A DNA stretch of 35,933 nucleotides from a virus (lineage: Duplodnaviria > Caudoviricetes): IMG/VR virus record IMGVR_UViG_3300017722_000930, positions 1 to 35,933 of that record; one strand, written 5' to 3'. Within the stretch, counting starts at the first letter, position 1, and the number at the start of each line of letters is the position of its first letter. Shown here in pieces: positions 9,003 to 18,071 of this stretch. The translations under genes were made by a program, and so were the position numbers. The notes below the pieces were generated by a model that saw nothing but the letters and a program-made list of their open reading frames with translations, did no database searches and had not been told where the DNA came from.

Positions 9003-9551
9003 TCACGCGCTCACCTGATAGTTGAACTTGAAGTTGCCCTTAACACGTCTCGCGCTTGACCAATAGGCCGTGATCGTCGCCGCGTCCGTCACGCTTGCCG
9101 CGACGTTGACTTGATCCATCTCAGCCTCATCCGGCAGCGTGCCTTTGCCCGTGTACGGCCCGACCGCCTGATTGATTAGCACGGGCTTGCCGACCGCCAG
9201 CGCAGCGCCCGCTATCGTAAACGATCCGCCGCTCTTGGGGACCGATCCAACATTGACCTCAACCGTTGTCAGCGTCACGCCCGCGCCGCCCGATGCAGGC
9301 GGAATAACGATCTCTTCGCGCGGTGCTAGTTCAAGATACCGAACGCGGGCGTCAAGGTCCACCGCTAGGCTGTTTGCAGCGTTCGCGGTTGCCGACACCG
9401 AACCTAGCACCGTGTCGCTTTCGTCAACCGTCCCTTGGTTCAGATACAGGTCAACCAGCGCAGTCAGCCGCTCAAACTGCTTGATCTGCTCCGGGTCTTT
9501 CAGGAACGACGCAAGCTGGTTGCGCGTCAGTTTGAGGCTGTTCAGCGCCAT
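9003..9551 (-). CDS. Tail needle-like/virion protein (P22 gp26 position)
   Basis: Starts MALNSLKLTRNQLASFL, with TAATG coupling to the gp10-like gene. Coiled coil followed by a beta domain. Confidence 0.55.
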   Translation of the reverse strand: MALNSLKLTRNQLASFLKDPEQIKQFERLTALVDLYLNQGTVDESDTVLGSVSATANAANSLAVDLDARVRYLELAPREEIVIPPASGGAGVTLTTVEVNVGSVPKSGGSFTIAGAALAVGKPVLINQAVGPYTGKGTLPDEAEMDQVNVAASVTDAATITAYWSSARRVKGNFKFNYQVSA

Positions 9552-10957
9552 TACCAAGCCAGCGGCTCTAGCCGCGCCTCCAACCGCGCAAACGACAGGA
9601 ACGCGTCACTGGTCCCCTGAAAGCGTTGCACGCGCCAATTGCGCATTGCGCCCTGCTGGAACCATGCCAGACGCTTCTGGCGCTGTCCTAGCGTACCTGC
9701 GCTGATCGTGCGGCCCATAGACCACTCTTCGCCGTCCAAGCTGTAGCTAGTCTCAATGAACGGCTCTAACCCAAATGCCCCCCGGCCTGGCAGCGCGACA
9801 AGTTCAAGCTCATGAAATACAGCCCCGGCGCTTTCGTTGTAGACGATGCCCGTCGCAAACTCCCAGCGCACACGGTCGCCATAGTGGCTGCTGATCGTGT
9901 CTGTCATCCGGCCAAGGCTTGTCCCCGACGGGTCGCCAGCAATCCAATCATTGCCATTCCACACAAACCCGCGCGCTTTATAACGGGCATAGCCTTCCAG
10001 TTCGCTCGTCAGTTCATGCCAAGCCGGTTGCCCGATCTCCTGCGAAGCCGCTGCGTCGTAAACCAAAGTCCGGTCTGGCAAGTGGATGTAGAGAAGCTGG
10101 TTTGCCTTGTCGTTGCGCGCTTCCACGACAGTAGCCGCCAATTCTGTATCAGTGTAGGCTAGCAGGAGCGTGTCAATCTCGCGCGTGCTGACCTTGGTGG
10201 CCATCGCATTTGCACCGATGTAAACGCCAGGAGCCTCATTAAACCCGCTGCCGACAAACGCGATGGCATCTAAATAGATGCAGCACGCATCCTTGCCAAT
10301 GCAGCCCTTTTCAATCTGCGCGCCTTCGATTCGCTGAAACGGAAAGAGCTGCCCGCCGATGTTGTCAAACAGTTCAATGGTGTGCCGGTTCAGCGCCGCG
10401 ACCTCGTTACGCACCTTCAAGAGCGCGATAATCGGGTCAGGGTCAGCCTCAGACGATCCATATTTGAGCGGGTTTACAGAGAACGGGTCGTTCAGTTCAG
10501 TGACAACGAGAAACTCGCCATCGGTGGTCATGTAAAACCCATCGACCCAGAGCACATCGTTGACCGCGCCTAGATCGGGATCGGTCACTTGGGTCAAGGC
10601 CGTCCCAGACCAGTAGAACAGCTTATCGTTCGATGAGATGGCGAGATAGTCAAAGCCGTAATCCAACGTCACCGGCTGGCCATCGTTGTCCACATCGCCT
10701 AACACCGTGACCGCGCCGACCGCCGACACGCTGACCAGTTTGCTGCCCATCACGCGGTAATGGACGCCTTCCCAGACGATGCCGCCCCGATCATTGCCTG
10801 GACCCGTGCCGAACGCCACAATGCCATCAGCGGGCCGCAAATAGCCGTTGCTGATGCCCTGCGCCTTTGGGACGGGCAGCAAATTGACCGGCATCGACGT
10901 TCTAAAATCCGCCGCGCCGTCTGTGTATATCCCCGAAATGATCGGGATTTGAACCAT
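9551..10957 (-). CDS. P22 gp10-like tail hub / DNA stabilization protein
   Basis: About 468 aa, starting MVQIPIISGIY...SMPVNL.PVPK...GYLRPADG, with beta-propeller-like repeats. Phage_stabilise family pattern and synteny. Confidence 0.9.
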   Translation of the reverse strand: MVQIPIISGIYTDGAADFRTSMPVNLLPVPKAQGISNGYLRPADGIVAFGTGPGNDRGGIVWEGVHYRVMGSKLVSVSAVGAVTVLGDVDNDGQPVTLDYGFDYLAISSNDKLFYWSGTALTQVTDPDLGAVNDVLWVDGFYMTTDGEFLVVTELNDPFSVNPLKYGSSEADPDPIIALLKVRNEVAALNRHTIELFDNIGGQLFPFQRIEGAQIEKGCIGKDACCIYLDAIAFVGSGFNEAPGVYIGANAMATKVSTREIDTLLLAYTDTELAATVVEARNDKANQLLYIHLPDRTLVYDAAASQEIGQPAWHELTSELEGYARYKARGFVWNGNDWIAGDPSGTSLGRMTDTISSHYGDRVRWEFATGIVYNESAGAVFHELELVALPGRGAFGLEPFIETSYSLDGEEWSMGRTISAGTLGQRQKRLAWFQQGAMRNWRVQRFQGTSDAFLSFARLEARLEPLAW

Positions 10958-11289
10958 TACCAAATATCGCCTGGCGTTACGATGATGGCACCGTCAACCG
11001 CCGTCGCGATGGTGCGGACAACGCTAAGGCCGGGGCCAACATACACCATAATCTGCTGGTTAGGCAGGATCGGTAGGCCGTTGGAAGTGGTCGGCACTTC
11101 GCCCGTAGGCAGCGCCCCGCCTTCGCTCTGATACTCAGTCAGCACCACATGGACGCGGGCCGTCGCGCTCGTATTGGTCAGCACCAGTGCGTTCGCCTGC
11201 TTCGGAATCGCAACCGCAGCCGTCGCCGTGGTGTCGTTCGTAATGCTAATCGTTGAACCCCACGCGGGCGAAAATACGCTACTCATCAT
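10957..11289 (-). CDS. Hypothetical virion protein
   Basis: About 110 aa, beta-rich, coupled to both neighbours. Confidence 0.65.
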   Translation of the reverse strand: MMSSVFSPAWGSTISITNDTTATAAVAIPKQANALVLTNTSATARVHVVLTEYQSEGGALPTGEVPTTSNGLPILPNQQIMVYVGPGLSVVRTIATAVDGAIIVTPGDIW

Positions 11290-11618
11290 CCGATCCTCCA
11301 AACGCCGTTATCAACAAAGACCGGCACCATGTTTGAGCCGCCACCGACCACCGCAGCGTGAAACGTAGTCACCGTGGCATCGCTTACCGTTGCCCGCGCG
11401 CCATTTCCTGCTGTGGCGGCTGCGGGGAGTGCAGACACCGCCACAGCAGGAAGGCGCACGTAGCTGCTAACAGTCAGCGACGTGAACGCAGACGAAAGAA
11501 ACGATACCAAAGTGGTCAGCGAGAACTTGCGCCCGTCACCTTGCGAGGCAGACCAGACCGGCACCTGATCGTCGCTGTTAAGGCTGTCCACTGCGGAAAG
11601 CTGGTTGATTGTCGGCAT
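11286..11618 (-). CDS. Hypothetical virion protein
   Basis: 110 aa. The C-terminus LPAAATAGNGARATVSDA...VPVFVDNGVWRIG is a common phage structural tail motif. Confidence 0.7.
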   Translation of the reverse strand: MPTINQLSAVDSLNSDDQVPVWSASQGDGRKFSLTTLVSFLSSAFTSLTVSSYVRLPAVAVSALPAAATAGNGARATVSDATVTTFHAAVVGGGSNMVPVFVDNGVWRIG

Positions 11619-12094
11619 CAGAAAAACTCCAATGGGCTGTTACTGCCGTCGGTCAGAATAGGTTCCGCTTCAGGTGTATACGGATCATACCACCGCCAAG
11701 GCTTGTTGCCAGCGCCAGACGGAATCTCGCCAAGCTGCATCTCGACCGGCTGCGAGAAGTTCAGCAGCATCACATCGTAAGCGCGCTTGGCGTTCAGCGC
11801 CGTGGCAGGCATGGGAGACTTGCCGTACATCGGTGCGATACGCAGCGCGAGGTTCGTGATGATCGCTTCGTTCGCGTTGTCTGGCACGTTGCTATCAGCG
11901 TCCAAGTCAATGTCGGCCGGATTGCTGTAGAGCGTTGCGCCTAGCCGTATGCCGCGCGCGTTCCACTCTGCAAGCATGGAGTTCATCCGCTTGGCCGCGC
12001 TCAGAAGCTGATCGGGCGCTGCGTCGAACACATACGCAGCCATGCCGATCTCTTCCAACGCGCTTTCAACAAACTGGCGGATCGTGTAGCTCAT
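11618..12094 (-). CDS. P22 gp4-like head-tail adaptor
   Basis: 158 aa with ALEEIG...RMNSMLAEWNARGIRLG...NLALRIAPMYGK...PSGAGNK, the P22_Tail-4 pattern. Confidence 0.85.
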   Translation of the reverse strand: MSYTIRQFVESALEEIGMAAYVFDAAPDQLLSAAKRMNSMLAEWNARGIRLGATLYSNPADIDLDADSNVPDNANEAIITNLALRIAPMYGKSPMPATALNAKRAYDVMLLNFSQPVEMQLGEIPSGAGNKPWRWYDPYTPEAEPILTDGSNSPLEFF

Positions 12095-12483
12095 GGCTTC
12101 ATTTCCGGATTATAGCCTAATTTATCCCAATATGACTTGTAATTCTTGGAAAACCAATCGGCATCTTCGCTCTTGTCAAATGCAATAAAATCACGGCGGC
12201 GCATAGCCTCATCGAAAGCGGTTTTGCCATAGTTCTTGAGCGCGCCTTTGTTCTCTGGGTCTTCCATCACAGTCGGATAGACGTAAAACTTTCCATCAGC
12301 CTCGCCCCAAGCCATCTTATGCGTCATAACCCGCTTGCCCTTGGGGTCTTCGTCATCAATCGCAACAGGCGCTTTAAAGGGCAGCATGATCCGCTGCACA
12401 AACCGCTTGGAATTGTTGCGCGTGAGATATTCCTCTATCCGCCTAGCAGTTTCTTCCTGCTCCTTGGTTGGCTCCTGGCTCAT
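12091..12483 (-). CDS. Hypothetical protein (lower GC, Lys-rich; possible insertion)
   Basis: 130 aa ORF with ATGA overlaps at both ends and more AT-rich sequence than its neighbours. Confidence 0.7.
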   Translation of the reverse strand: MSQEPTKEQEETARRIEEYLTRNNSKRFVQRIMLPFKAPVAIDDEDPKGKRVMTHKMAWGEADGKFYVYPTVMEDPENKGALKNYGKTAFDEAMRRRDFIAFDKSEDADWFSKNYKSYWDKLGYNPEMKP

Positions 12484-12803
12484 GCAGCCGCAATCCGCTG
12501 GATCAAGGTTGCGTCACTTGTGCGCGAGTTGAACGACACGCCTAGCGCCTTGGCCTTGGCTTCCAGCACATCGCGGGTTTCATCCGTCACGGCCTCGATA
12601 GCCTCTTGCGCCTCGACCACCTCATCGACCACCGCCTGCGCATCAACCGCTGCGATGGCTTCGGGCATGGTCAGGTGCCAGCCTGATGCCAACGCTTCGT
12701 CAAGTTCAGCCTGATCGTTCACGCCAAGATAGCTGTAAGTCTCGCCGTTCTGCCCGCGATGCAGGCCAGGGACGCGATAGACCATTTCAGGGAACGCGGT
12801 CAT
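12480..12803 (-). CDS. Hypothetical protein with a C-terminal HeH/LEM-like motif
   Basis: 107 aa ending RDVLEAKAKALGVSFNSRTSDATLIQRI. Confidence 0.7.
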   Translation of the reverse strand: MTAFPEMVYRVPGLHRGQNGETYSYLGVNDQAELDEALASGWHLTMPEAIAAVDAQAVVDEVVEAQEAIEAVTDETRDVLEAKAKALGVSFNSRTSDATLIQRIAAA

Positions 12804-12967
12804 TTCTTGCGGCTTTTCGCAGTCTTTGCAGATTGCATAAATGCGGCAGCAGTCGGAGCGCCCTTGCTTCCAACCTTACGCATGGTTTCGACCTTATCAC
12901 CGGCAGCCTTCTGCGATTTGATGCGCTTTTGCTTGGCGTTGATGTTAGCGTACAGTCCTGCTTTCAC
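12800..12967 (-). CDS. Small basic phage protein (55 aa), not in the ORF track
   Basis: GTG start after AGGGGAG. Translation MKAGLYANINAKQKRIKSQKAAGDKVETMRKVGSKGAPTAAAFMQSAKTAKSRKK*, with an ATGA overlap onto the next gene. Confidence 0.8.
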   Translation of the reverse strand: MKAGLYANINAKQKRIKSQKAAGDKVETMRKVGSKGAPTAAAFMQSAKTAKSRKK

Positions 12968-12982
12968 GTTGCACTCCCCTTT

Positions 12983-13012
12983 AAAATAGGGGCGAGCCTA
13001 AACCCGCCCCCC
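12983..13012 (-). terminator. Rho-independent terminator
   Basis: GGGGCGGG-TTTAGG-CTCGCCCC hairpin followed by TATTTT, after the decoration gene. Confidence 0.7.
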
Positions 13013-13018
13013 CAATCA

Positions 13019-13594
13019 TCACGACAGACGGTAAGACACGAACGTGCTGGCCGCAGTCTTGAGCGTGCGGAAACGGCCCGAGGTGCTGAGAGCGACCGCG
13101 CCAGCGCCAACGACAGTGTGGCCAGAAGAAGCCGTCACGGTAAATGCGTTAGTTGCGCCCGTGTTGATGGCAGTCCAATCGACAAAGTCACCGATGGCGA
13201 ACGTACCAGCGGCGTCCATGATTGCGCCTGTGTCGAGCGTGGCAGTCACAGCAGCGGTAGTGGTCGAGGTGACAATGCCGCCGAAGATGAGCGCCGCAGT
13301 CAGCGTACCCGTGGCGTTCAGTGTGCCAGGCGTCGGCTGGAACGGATACTCCGGCACGATGGCCGCAGTGCCGACGTTATAGAACACCTGCGAACGATCA
13401 CCGCCGGTCACTTCAATAGTCGCGCCAGAAGCAAAGGTCGAAGATGTGTAAGAGCCAGCGCCAGCGAACAGCGGAACGCGGACGCTTCCGAGAAGCTGAG
13501 TGACGGTGTAGAACGAGGTAGAATAGACGGCGATACGTGCGTTTGCGGGCAGCGTAACGACCGAAGGCGAAAGAACCGGAAGTGAACTAGACAT
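13019..13594 (-). CDS. Putative capsid decoration/cement protein
   Basis: 191 aa, Thr/Ala-rich, strong RBS (GGAGG), immediately after the coat gene. Confidence 0.6.
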   Translation of the reverse strand: MSSSLPVLSPSVVTLPANARIAVYSTSFYTVTQLLGSVRVPLFAGAGSYTSSTFASGATIEVTGGDRSQVFYNVGTAAIVPEYPFQPTPGTLNATGTLTAALIFGGIVTSTTTAAVTATLDTGAIMDAAGTFAIGDFVDWTAINTGATNAFTVTASSGHTVVGAGAVALSTSGRFRTLKTAASTFVSYRLS

Positions 13595-13622
13595 GATTTA
13601 ATCCTCCAAAGAGGTGAGAGCC

Positions 13623-13650
13623 AAAAGGGCGGGAGCCGAAACCCCCGCCC
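13623..13650 (-). terminator. Rho-independent terminator after the coat gene
   Basis: GGGCGGGGG-TTTCGG-CTCCCGCCC hairpin followed by TTTT. Confidence 0.8.
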
Positions 13651-13657
13651 ATAAGTC

Positions 13658-14914
13658 TTACGGCTGGCCGAACAGGATGACGCCGTTCATTTCCGGTGCC
13701 AGGTTCACCACGCCGTAAAACGTGTCGAACGTGAAACGGGTCACAAACGTTGAGGTGTCGAAGAACTTGGTCATCACCAGTTCAAGGCCCTGATCGGTCG
13801 TGCCGCGCATCACATCCGCGCCCTGATCGTTAGGAACGGCATAGCGGCCAGGCAGAAGCTGGATGCTATCCTTGTGCCAGAACGGGCAAAGGTTGGCCGT
13901 GTTGCGGGTCAGGAACGTGAAGCTTGCCGTGGCTGAAGTGGTCACAACTTCGATATTCTTGTACTGGCGCTCAACGTCGGTCGGAGCCGAGTTTGCACCG
14001 ATCATCGGCGGGCTGATCGTCATGGTCGTGGCGCTGTCCACCGAGATGACACGGAAGGTCTTAAGCTGACCAGTCGGGTTCTTGGTGATCTGATGCACGC
14101 TTTCCAGACCGGCAACCTGGAACGCTTGACCGGCTGCAACGTTGGTCGTGCTGCTGACCGTGATCTGCTGCGTGCGGTTGTCAACGTTGTTGCCGTTGGC
14201 ATCCAGCGTGCGAGGTACGAAACGAACCAGCGCGCCGTTAGTGGCCATCGTGACAGTCGGGTTGGCACCAGTCTGGCGGATTGCGCCGTCAGAGCGGTAA
14301 ATGTCGAAGCTGGCAATGTTCTGGCCCAGTTCCGAACGCTCGAAAGCGTCATCCGACTTTGCATTTCCGAACGAGCGGTTCACGTTTGCAAGGTTACCGG
14401 CGATGCCGTTGGCTTCACGCGGCGGGAGGAACATATAACGGTTTTCAGCAGGAACGCCCTGCTCGTCCATGATCGACTGCGCGAGAGCGACGTTGTCGTA
14501 GGAGCCAGCAGCGCCAGTGATCGGCACGACAAGCGTCCCCTGCGTTGCAGCGACAGTACGCACCGAAGTGTTAATGTCCGACGCGACACGCTGGCGCGAA
14601 CCACGACCGATGTTGCCTTCTTGGATCGCATCGCGCAGTTCCAGAGCGGTCATGCTCCAGGTGACGTTGCGGTTGATGTTCAGGCGCGACGGCACGGTAA
14701 GCTGGTTGACCACCTGAGCGGTAACCGGCGTGCCGATGGTGCGGGTCTGCGAAGCCATGATATACGGAACCGGACGCCAGATGGTGTCATTGGCGCGCTC
14801 CATAAGCTGGCCATTGGTGCCGAAAACAGAGACGGCCTTCGATTCGACCATCAGGTCGTTGAAGCCTGCGAGTTCGTCCTCAAAGAGAACGCGTTCTTCC
14901 TTGGAAAAAGCCAT
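13658..14914 (-). CDS. P22-like major capsid (coat) protein
   Basis: 418 aa starting MAFSKEERVLFED...MERANDTIWRP.PY and ending YGVVNLAPEMNGVILFGQ. P22_CoatProtein pattern, downstream of the scaffold. Confidence 0.92.
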   Translation of the reverse strand: MAFSKEERVLFEDELAGFNDLMVESKAVSVFGTNGQLMERANDTIWRPVPYIMASQTRTIGTPVTAQVVNQLTVPSRLNINRNVTWSMTALELRDAIQEGNIGRGSRQRVASDINTSVRTVAATQGTLVVPITGAAGSYDNVALAQSIMDEQGVPAENRYMFLPPREANGIAGNLANVNRSFGNAKSDDAFERSELGQNIASFDIYRSDGAIRQTGANPTVTMATNGALVRFVPRTLDANGNNVDNRTQQITVSSTTNVAAGQAFQVAGLESVHQITKNPTGQLKTFRVISVDSATTMTISPPMIGANSAPTDVERQYKNIEVVTTSATASFTFLTRNTANLCPFWHKDSIQLLPGRYAVPNDQGADVMRGTTDQGLELVMTKFFDTSTFVTRFTFDTFYGVVNLAPEMNGVILFGQP

Positions 14915-15035
14915 AGCGATTGTCCTAAATATGTGATGAGCGGAGAGGCAAACGCCTCGATCTACTCACCCATATTTGAGGGCCGGGTGGCGGGCCGCTA
15001 TGTCTGCCGGATTTATAGACTGGCGAGGTCTGCGG
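14915..15035 (-). ncRNA. Putative structured cis-regulatory 5' leader of the coat gene
   Basis: Two candidate H-type pseudoknots and a long hairpin adjacent to the RBS (see findings). Confidence 0.45.
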
Positions 15036-15038
15036 GGG

Positions 15039-15067
15039 ACGATAACACTGAACCGGCCCCCGCGCAA
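15039..15067 (-). promoter_or_regulatory. Putative sigma70 promoter for the coat gene
   Basis: TTGCGC-N17-TATCGT, starting just after the scaffold stop codon. Confidence 0.55.
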
Positions 15068-15068
15068 G

Positions 15069-15893
15069 TCACCCCGCTTTAGCCTTCATCTGGCGGCGAT
15101 ATGCGGACACCTTGGTGTAGTCTCCGGTGCGTTCAGCTTCGGCCCGCAGCTTCTCCAAATGGTTGTCCATCGACGAACTACGCGCCGTCGAAGTCAGCGT
15201 GCCTTCTGGCTTGGCGCTGGGTTTGCGTGTTGACACTTTCACTTGCTCCTCAAGTTTGGAAACCGCGAAAGCAAACGCAATCGGGTCTTTGATCGCTGCC
15301 AGTTCCTTAGCCTTCTCAGGGTTCTTGCCGATGGCGTAGGCCAACACCGCTGCATCCTTGGCACCGTGCACGATAATGCCCTGCTGCGTCTGATCAAACA
15401 AACCCTGCACCAAATCTTCGGCTTCCTCAAAGTCTGGCACACGAAGGCGCTTCTTGCCTTCCTCGTAGCTTGTCAGCTTGGTTTGCCAGCGTTCCTGCGC
15501 TTCTTCAGCCTCTTTGCGCTTGGCGTCCTTGCGCTGCTCGACCTCTTTGGCTTTAGCGTCCCATTCGCGCCAAGCGGTCTTAAACGCGTCGGTGTCGTAG
15601 TCGTAATCCTCAAGGTCAGGCTCTTTGCCAAGGTCAGGCTCTTCTACGACCGGCGCGGCCTTGGCCTTCAGGTCGCGGTTTTCCTTTTCAAGCTCGCGCA
15701 GCCTCTTGCGCCGATCCTCTGCCGTCTCGCGCAGCTTCTTCGCCCACCCTGGCGCTTCGTCCGGTAAATCAATCTCATCGTCGGCTTCGGGTTCATCGCC
15801 CAATGTGACGACGACAGGCGCGTCGGTATCTTCAGGCTCCTGACCTTCGCCTTCGATCAGTTCCAGTTCTTCAATGTCTGTGTCGGTATCCAT
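15069..15893 (-). CDS. Scaffolding protein
   Basis: Acidic N-terminus, coiled coil and basic C-terminus (TGDYTKVSAYRRQMK). Lies between portal and coat. Confidence 0.85.
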   Translation of the reverse strand: MDTDTDIEELELIEGEGQEPEDTDAPVVVTLGDEPEADDEIDLPDEAPGWAKKLRETAEDRRKRLRELEKENRDLKAKAAPVVEEPDLGKEPDLEDYDYDTDAFKTAWREWDAKAKEVEQRKDAKRKEAEEAQERWQTKLTSYEEGKKRLRVPDFEEAEDLVQGLFDQTQQGIIVHGAKDAAVLAYAIGKNPEKAKELAAIKDPIAFAFAVSKLEEQVKVSTRKPSAKPEGTLTSTARSSSMDNHLEKLRAEAERTGDYTKVSAYRRQMKAKAG

Positions 15894-15916
15894 ACGCACT
15901 CCCCAATCGCGCCCAT

Positions 15917-17998
15917 TTACGCAGCGGGCGGCGGCTGCATTCCGATCTGCATGGCAGCGCCTACGTCTAGGCCCAGCTTGACCATCGTCTCTGTTGCATC
16001 AGCTTCAGACCGGCGGGCGTTCGCGCGCGACAGTTCCGTGTCGGCAATAGCCTTCTCAGCCAGTGCCATTTCCTTCTGAGCCGCTGCTTGCAGATAGGCC
16101 TGCTGCGGATCGGGCTGCTGCAGCTGCGCTGCCGCTTCTGCCGCTGCTGCCATTTCCTCGCGCTCCTGATCGTTGGGCATCAACACGCCCATGCCGACCA
16201 GCTTCTTCCTGTAGTATTGCTTAATCTCGCCCAGGCCTTCAGCTTCCATGTTCATGATCGCCATCGCGGACAAAATGGCCATGTCCTGCGGATCGGTCGT
16301 CATCTGCATTAAACCCGTAAGCCCGCGCACCATGCTTTCACGGCGGCTGTTGAACGATGGGCCAACGTCAACGGATACGTCAAAGTCCGCGCCGGTCAGG
16401 TCGTTGCGGAAGGTTTGGACGCCTTCCTCATCAATAAACGGCTGGTTCAGCACGACAGCCTCAGAGCCGCCCTGTTCGCCGATGCCCTTCATTTTGCGGC
16501 CTTCCTCGACGTAAATCTCCCGGGCCATGTCGAGCCAAATCTCGCCGCAGCGCTGCATTCCCTTCGCGAAGTTCGACATGTAGATAAACGACTGCATGTC
16601 CACGCGCTGCTGGATCAACTCCACAGCCTTGCCAGACATGCTTGGCTGCATAACGTCGGCTTGCTGCTGACTGCCCAGTATCTCAGCCATGTCCTGTTCT
16701 GTAAGCTGTAGCAGCGCAGCCATCGCGGGCGGGATCGCGGGCGGCTTGGTGTAGCCCAGCGGGCCAGCGGCCTGCATGTTGCCTGCCGCGTCTTCAATCT
16801 TGTTAACCAACAAATATGGATTGTTCTTGAGGTTGTCCTCTGCCCAAAGCACCTGATGGCCAGCCATCTGCTCCGGTGTGAAGATCGGCTTCTCGACCGG
16901 CGACAGCGCAGCCAGTTCTGCGAGCTTCGATAGCTGCATGTTCTTAACGCGCTGCGGGTCTTTCGCGAGCCGCACCTGACCCATGAACCGCTCGACGTTG
17001 TCGATGAACCAGCGCTTGCCGTAGACCGGAACGATGGGGATACACTTGCCCGCGATATAGCCGCAGTCGTCAAGCACCTTGCCGCCGCTCATGATGTATT
17101 TGCGAATCTTGCGCTTCTTCACGCGCTTCTCGCGCAGCTTGTCGGTGCCTTCCATCGCAAGCATCTCAATGCCAGCGTCCACCGATCCCTCAATGTAGTC
17201 GCCGTTGTCGTCCTCGACGGTTTCCGACATATCCTCTAGGTCGTCGTCGGTGTATCGCAGTTCTTCGCCGGTCAGCGTCTTGAACACATGGATCGTTTCG
17301 CGCTTTTCCTCGACGCAATAATATTCAGCCAGATACACCACATCCGGCGTAGACCAATCAAACAGCGTCGTCTCGCTGTCCTTCGGCCATGTCGCGGGAT
17401 CATCGCCCCACTCATCCATATAGCCGTTGCGCGTGACGGAATACACGACCCAGCAATGCTTTGCGTCGGACTTGTCCTGGCGCTTGCTATCGGCATCGAA
17501 GAACACGCTCGTATCGGCATCGTAGATCGGTTCTATCCGGATGCGCTGCCGTTCGTCCTCATCGTCGTACTCGTTTTCGTATGCGGTCCGCAGACGCCAT
17601 GCACCGAAGCCGCCGCCGACCGCTTCCTCGAATGCATTGTCATACGCTTCCTGAGCGCCGCTGTCCTGCTCATCAGCCCGATAGAGAGCATCGCACGTAT
17701 CAGCCAACCTGTCGGTTGCGGTGCCGTCCTTGGACGTAAAATCGACCGTGATGCGATTGTTGCGGTATTCGTTGATGATCCGCATCACCGACAAGTGAAC
17801 CTTGTTCACCTCAAGCCGTGGACGGCGGGCGAACAGTTCGCGAAACGGGCCTTCCCATTGCGCGCCGGGGATGCTGTAGAACCGACGATCCTCGACAGCC
17901 TGACGCCGTTCATCCGCACAGCCTTCATAGGCGCGGTTGAAGCCGTCAATTGCTTCTGCGTGAACCTTTGCGAGCCGCTCGGCTTTAGTCCGTGCCAT
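15917..17998 (-). CDS. P22-like portal protein
   Basis: 693 aa with EDRRFYSIPGAQWEG, AYDNAFEEAVGGGFGAWRL and IPIVPVYGKRWFIDNVERFMG. P22_portal pattern. Confidence 0.93.
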   Translation of the reverse strand: MARTKAERLAKVHAEAIDGFNRAYEGCADERRQAVEDRRFYSIPGAQWEGPFRELFARRPRLEVNKVHLSVMRIINEYRNNRITVDFTSKDGTATDRLADTCDALYRADEQDSGAQEAYDNAFEEAVGGGFGAWRLRTAYENEYDDEDERQRIRIEPIYDADTSVFFDADSKRQDKSDAKHCWVVYSVTRNGYMDEWGDDPATWPKDSETTLFDWSTPDVVYLAEYYCVEEKRETIHVFKTLTGEELRYTDDDLEDMSETVEDDNGDYIEGSVDAGIEMLAMEGTDKLREKRVKKRKIRKYIMSGGKVLDDCGYIAGKCIPIVPVYGKRWFIDNVERFMGQVRLAKDPQRVKNMQLSKLAELAALSPVEKPIFTPEQMAGHQVLWAEDNLKNNPYLLVNKIEDAAGNMQAAGPLGYTKPPAIPPAMAALLQLTEQDMAEILGSQQQADVMQPSMSGKAVELIQQRVDMQSFIYMSNFAKGMQRCGEIWLDMAREIYVEEGRKMKGIGEQGGSEAVVLNQPFIDEEGVQTFRNDLTGADFDVSVDVGPSFNSRRESMVRGLTGLMQMTTDPQDMAILSAMAIMNMEAEGLGEIKQYYRKKLVGMGVLMPNDQEREEMAAAAEAAAQLQQPDPQQAYLQAAAQKEMALAEKAIADTELSRANARRSEADATETMVKLGLDVGAAMQIGMQPPPAA

Positions 17999-18041
17999 CG
18001 TAACCCCGATGCCCCACTGTCATCGCGACGTTGGGCGCGTT

Positions 18042-18070
18042 TGCATACCATGCTGCTAGGTCAAGGGCAA
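18042..18070 (-). promoter_or_regulatory. Putative sigma70 promoter for the portal gene
   Basis: TTGCCC-N17-TATGCA with an extended TG, in the terL-portal gap. Confidence 0.5.
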
Positions 18071-18071
18071 G

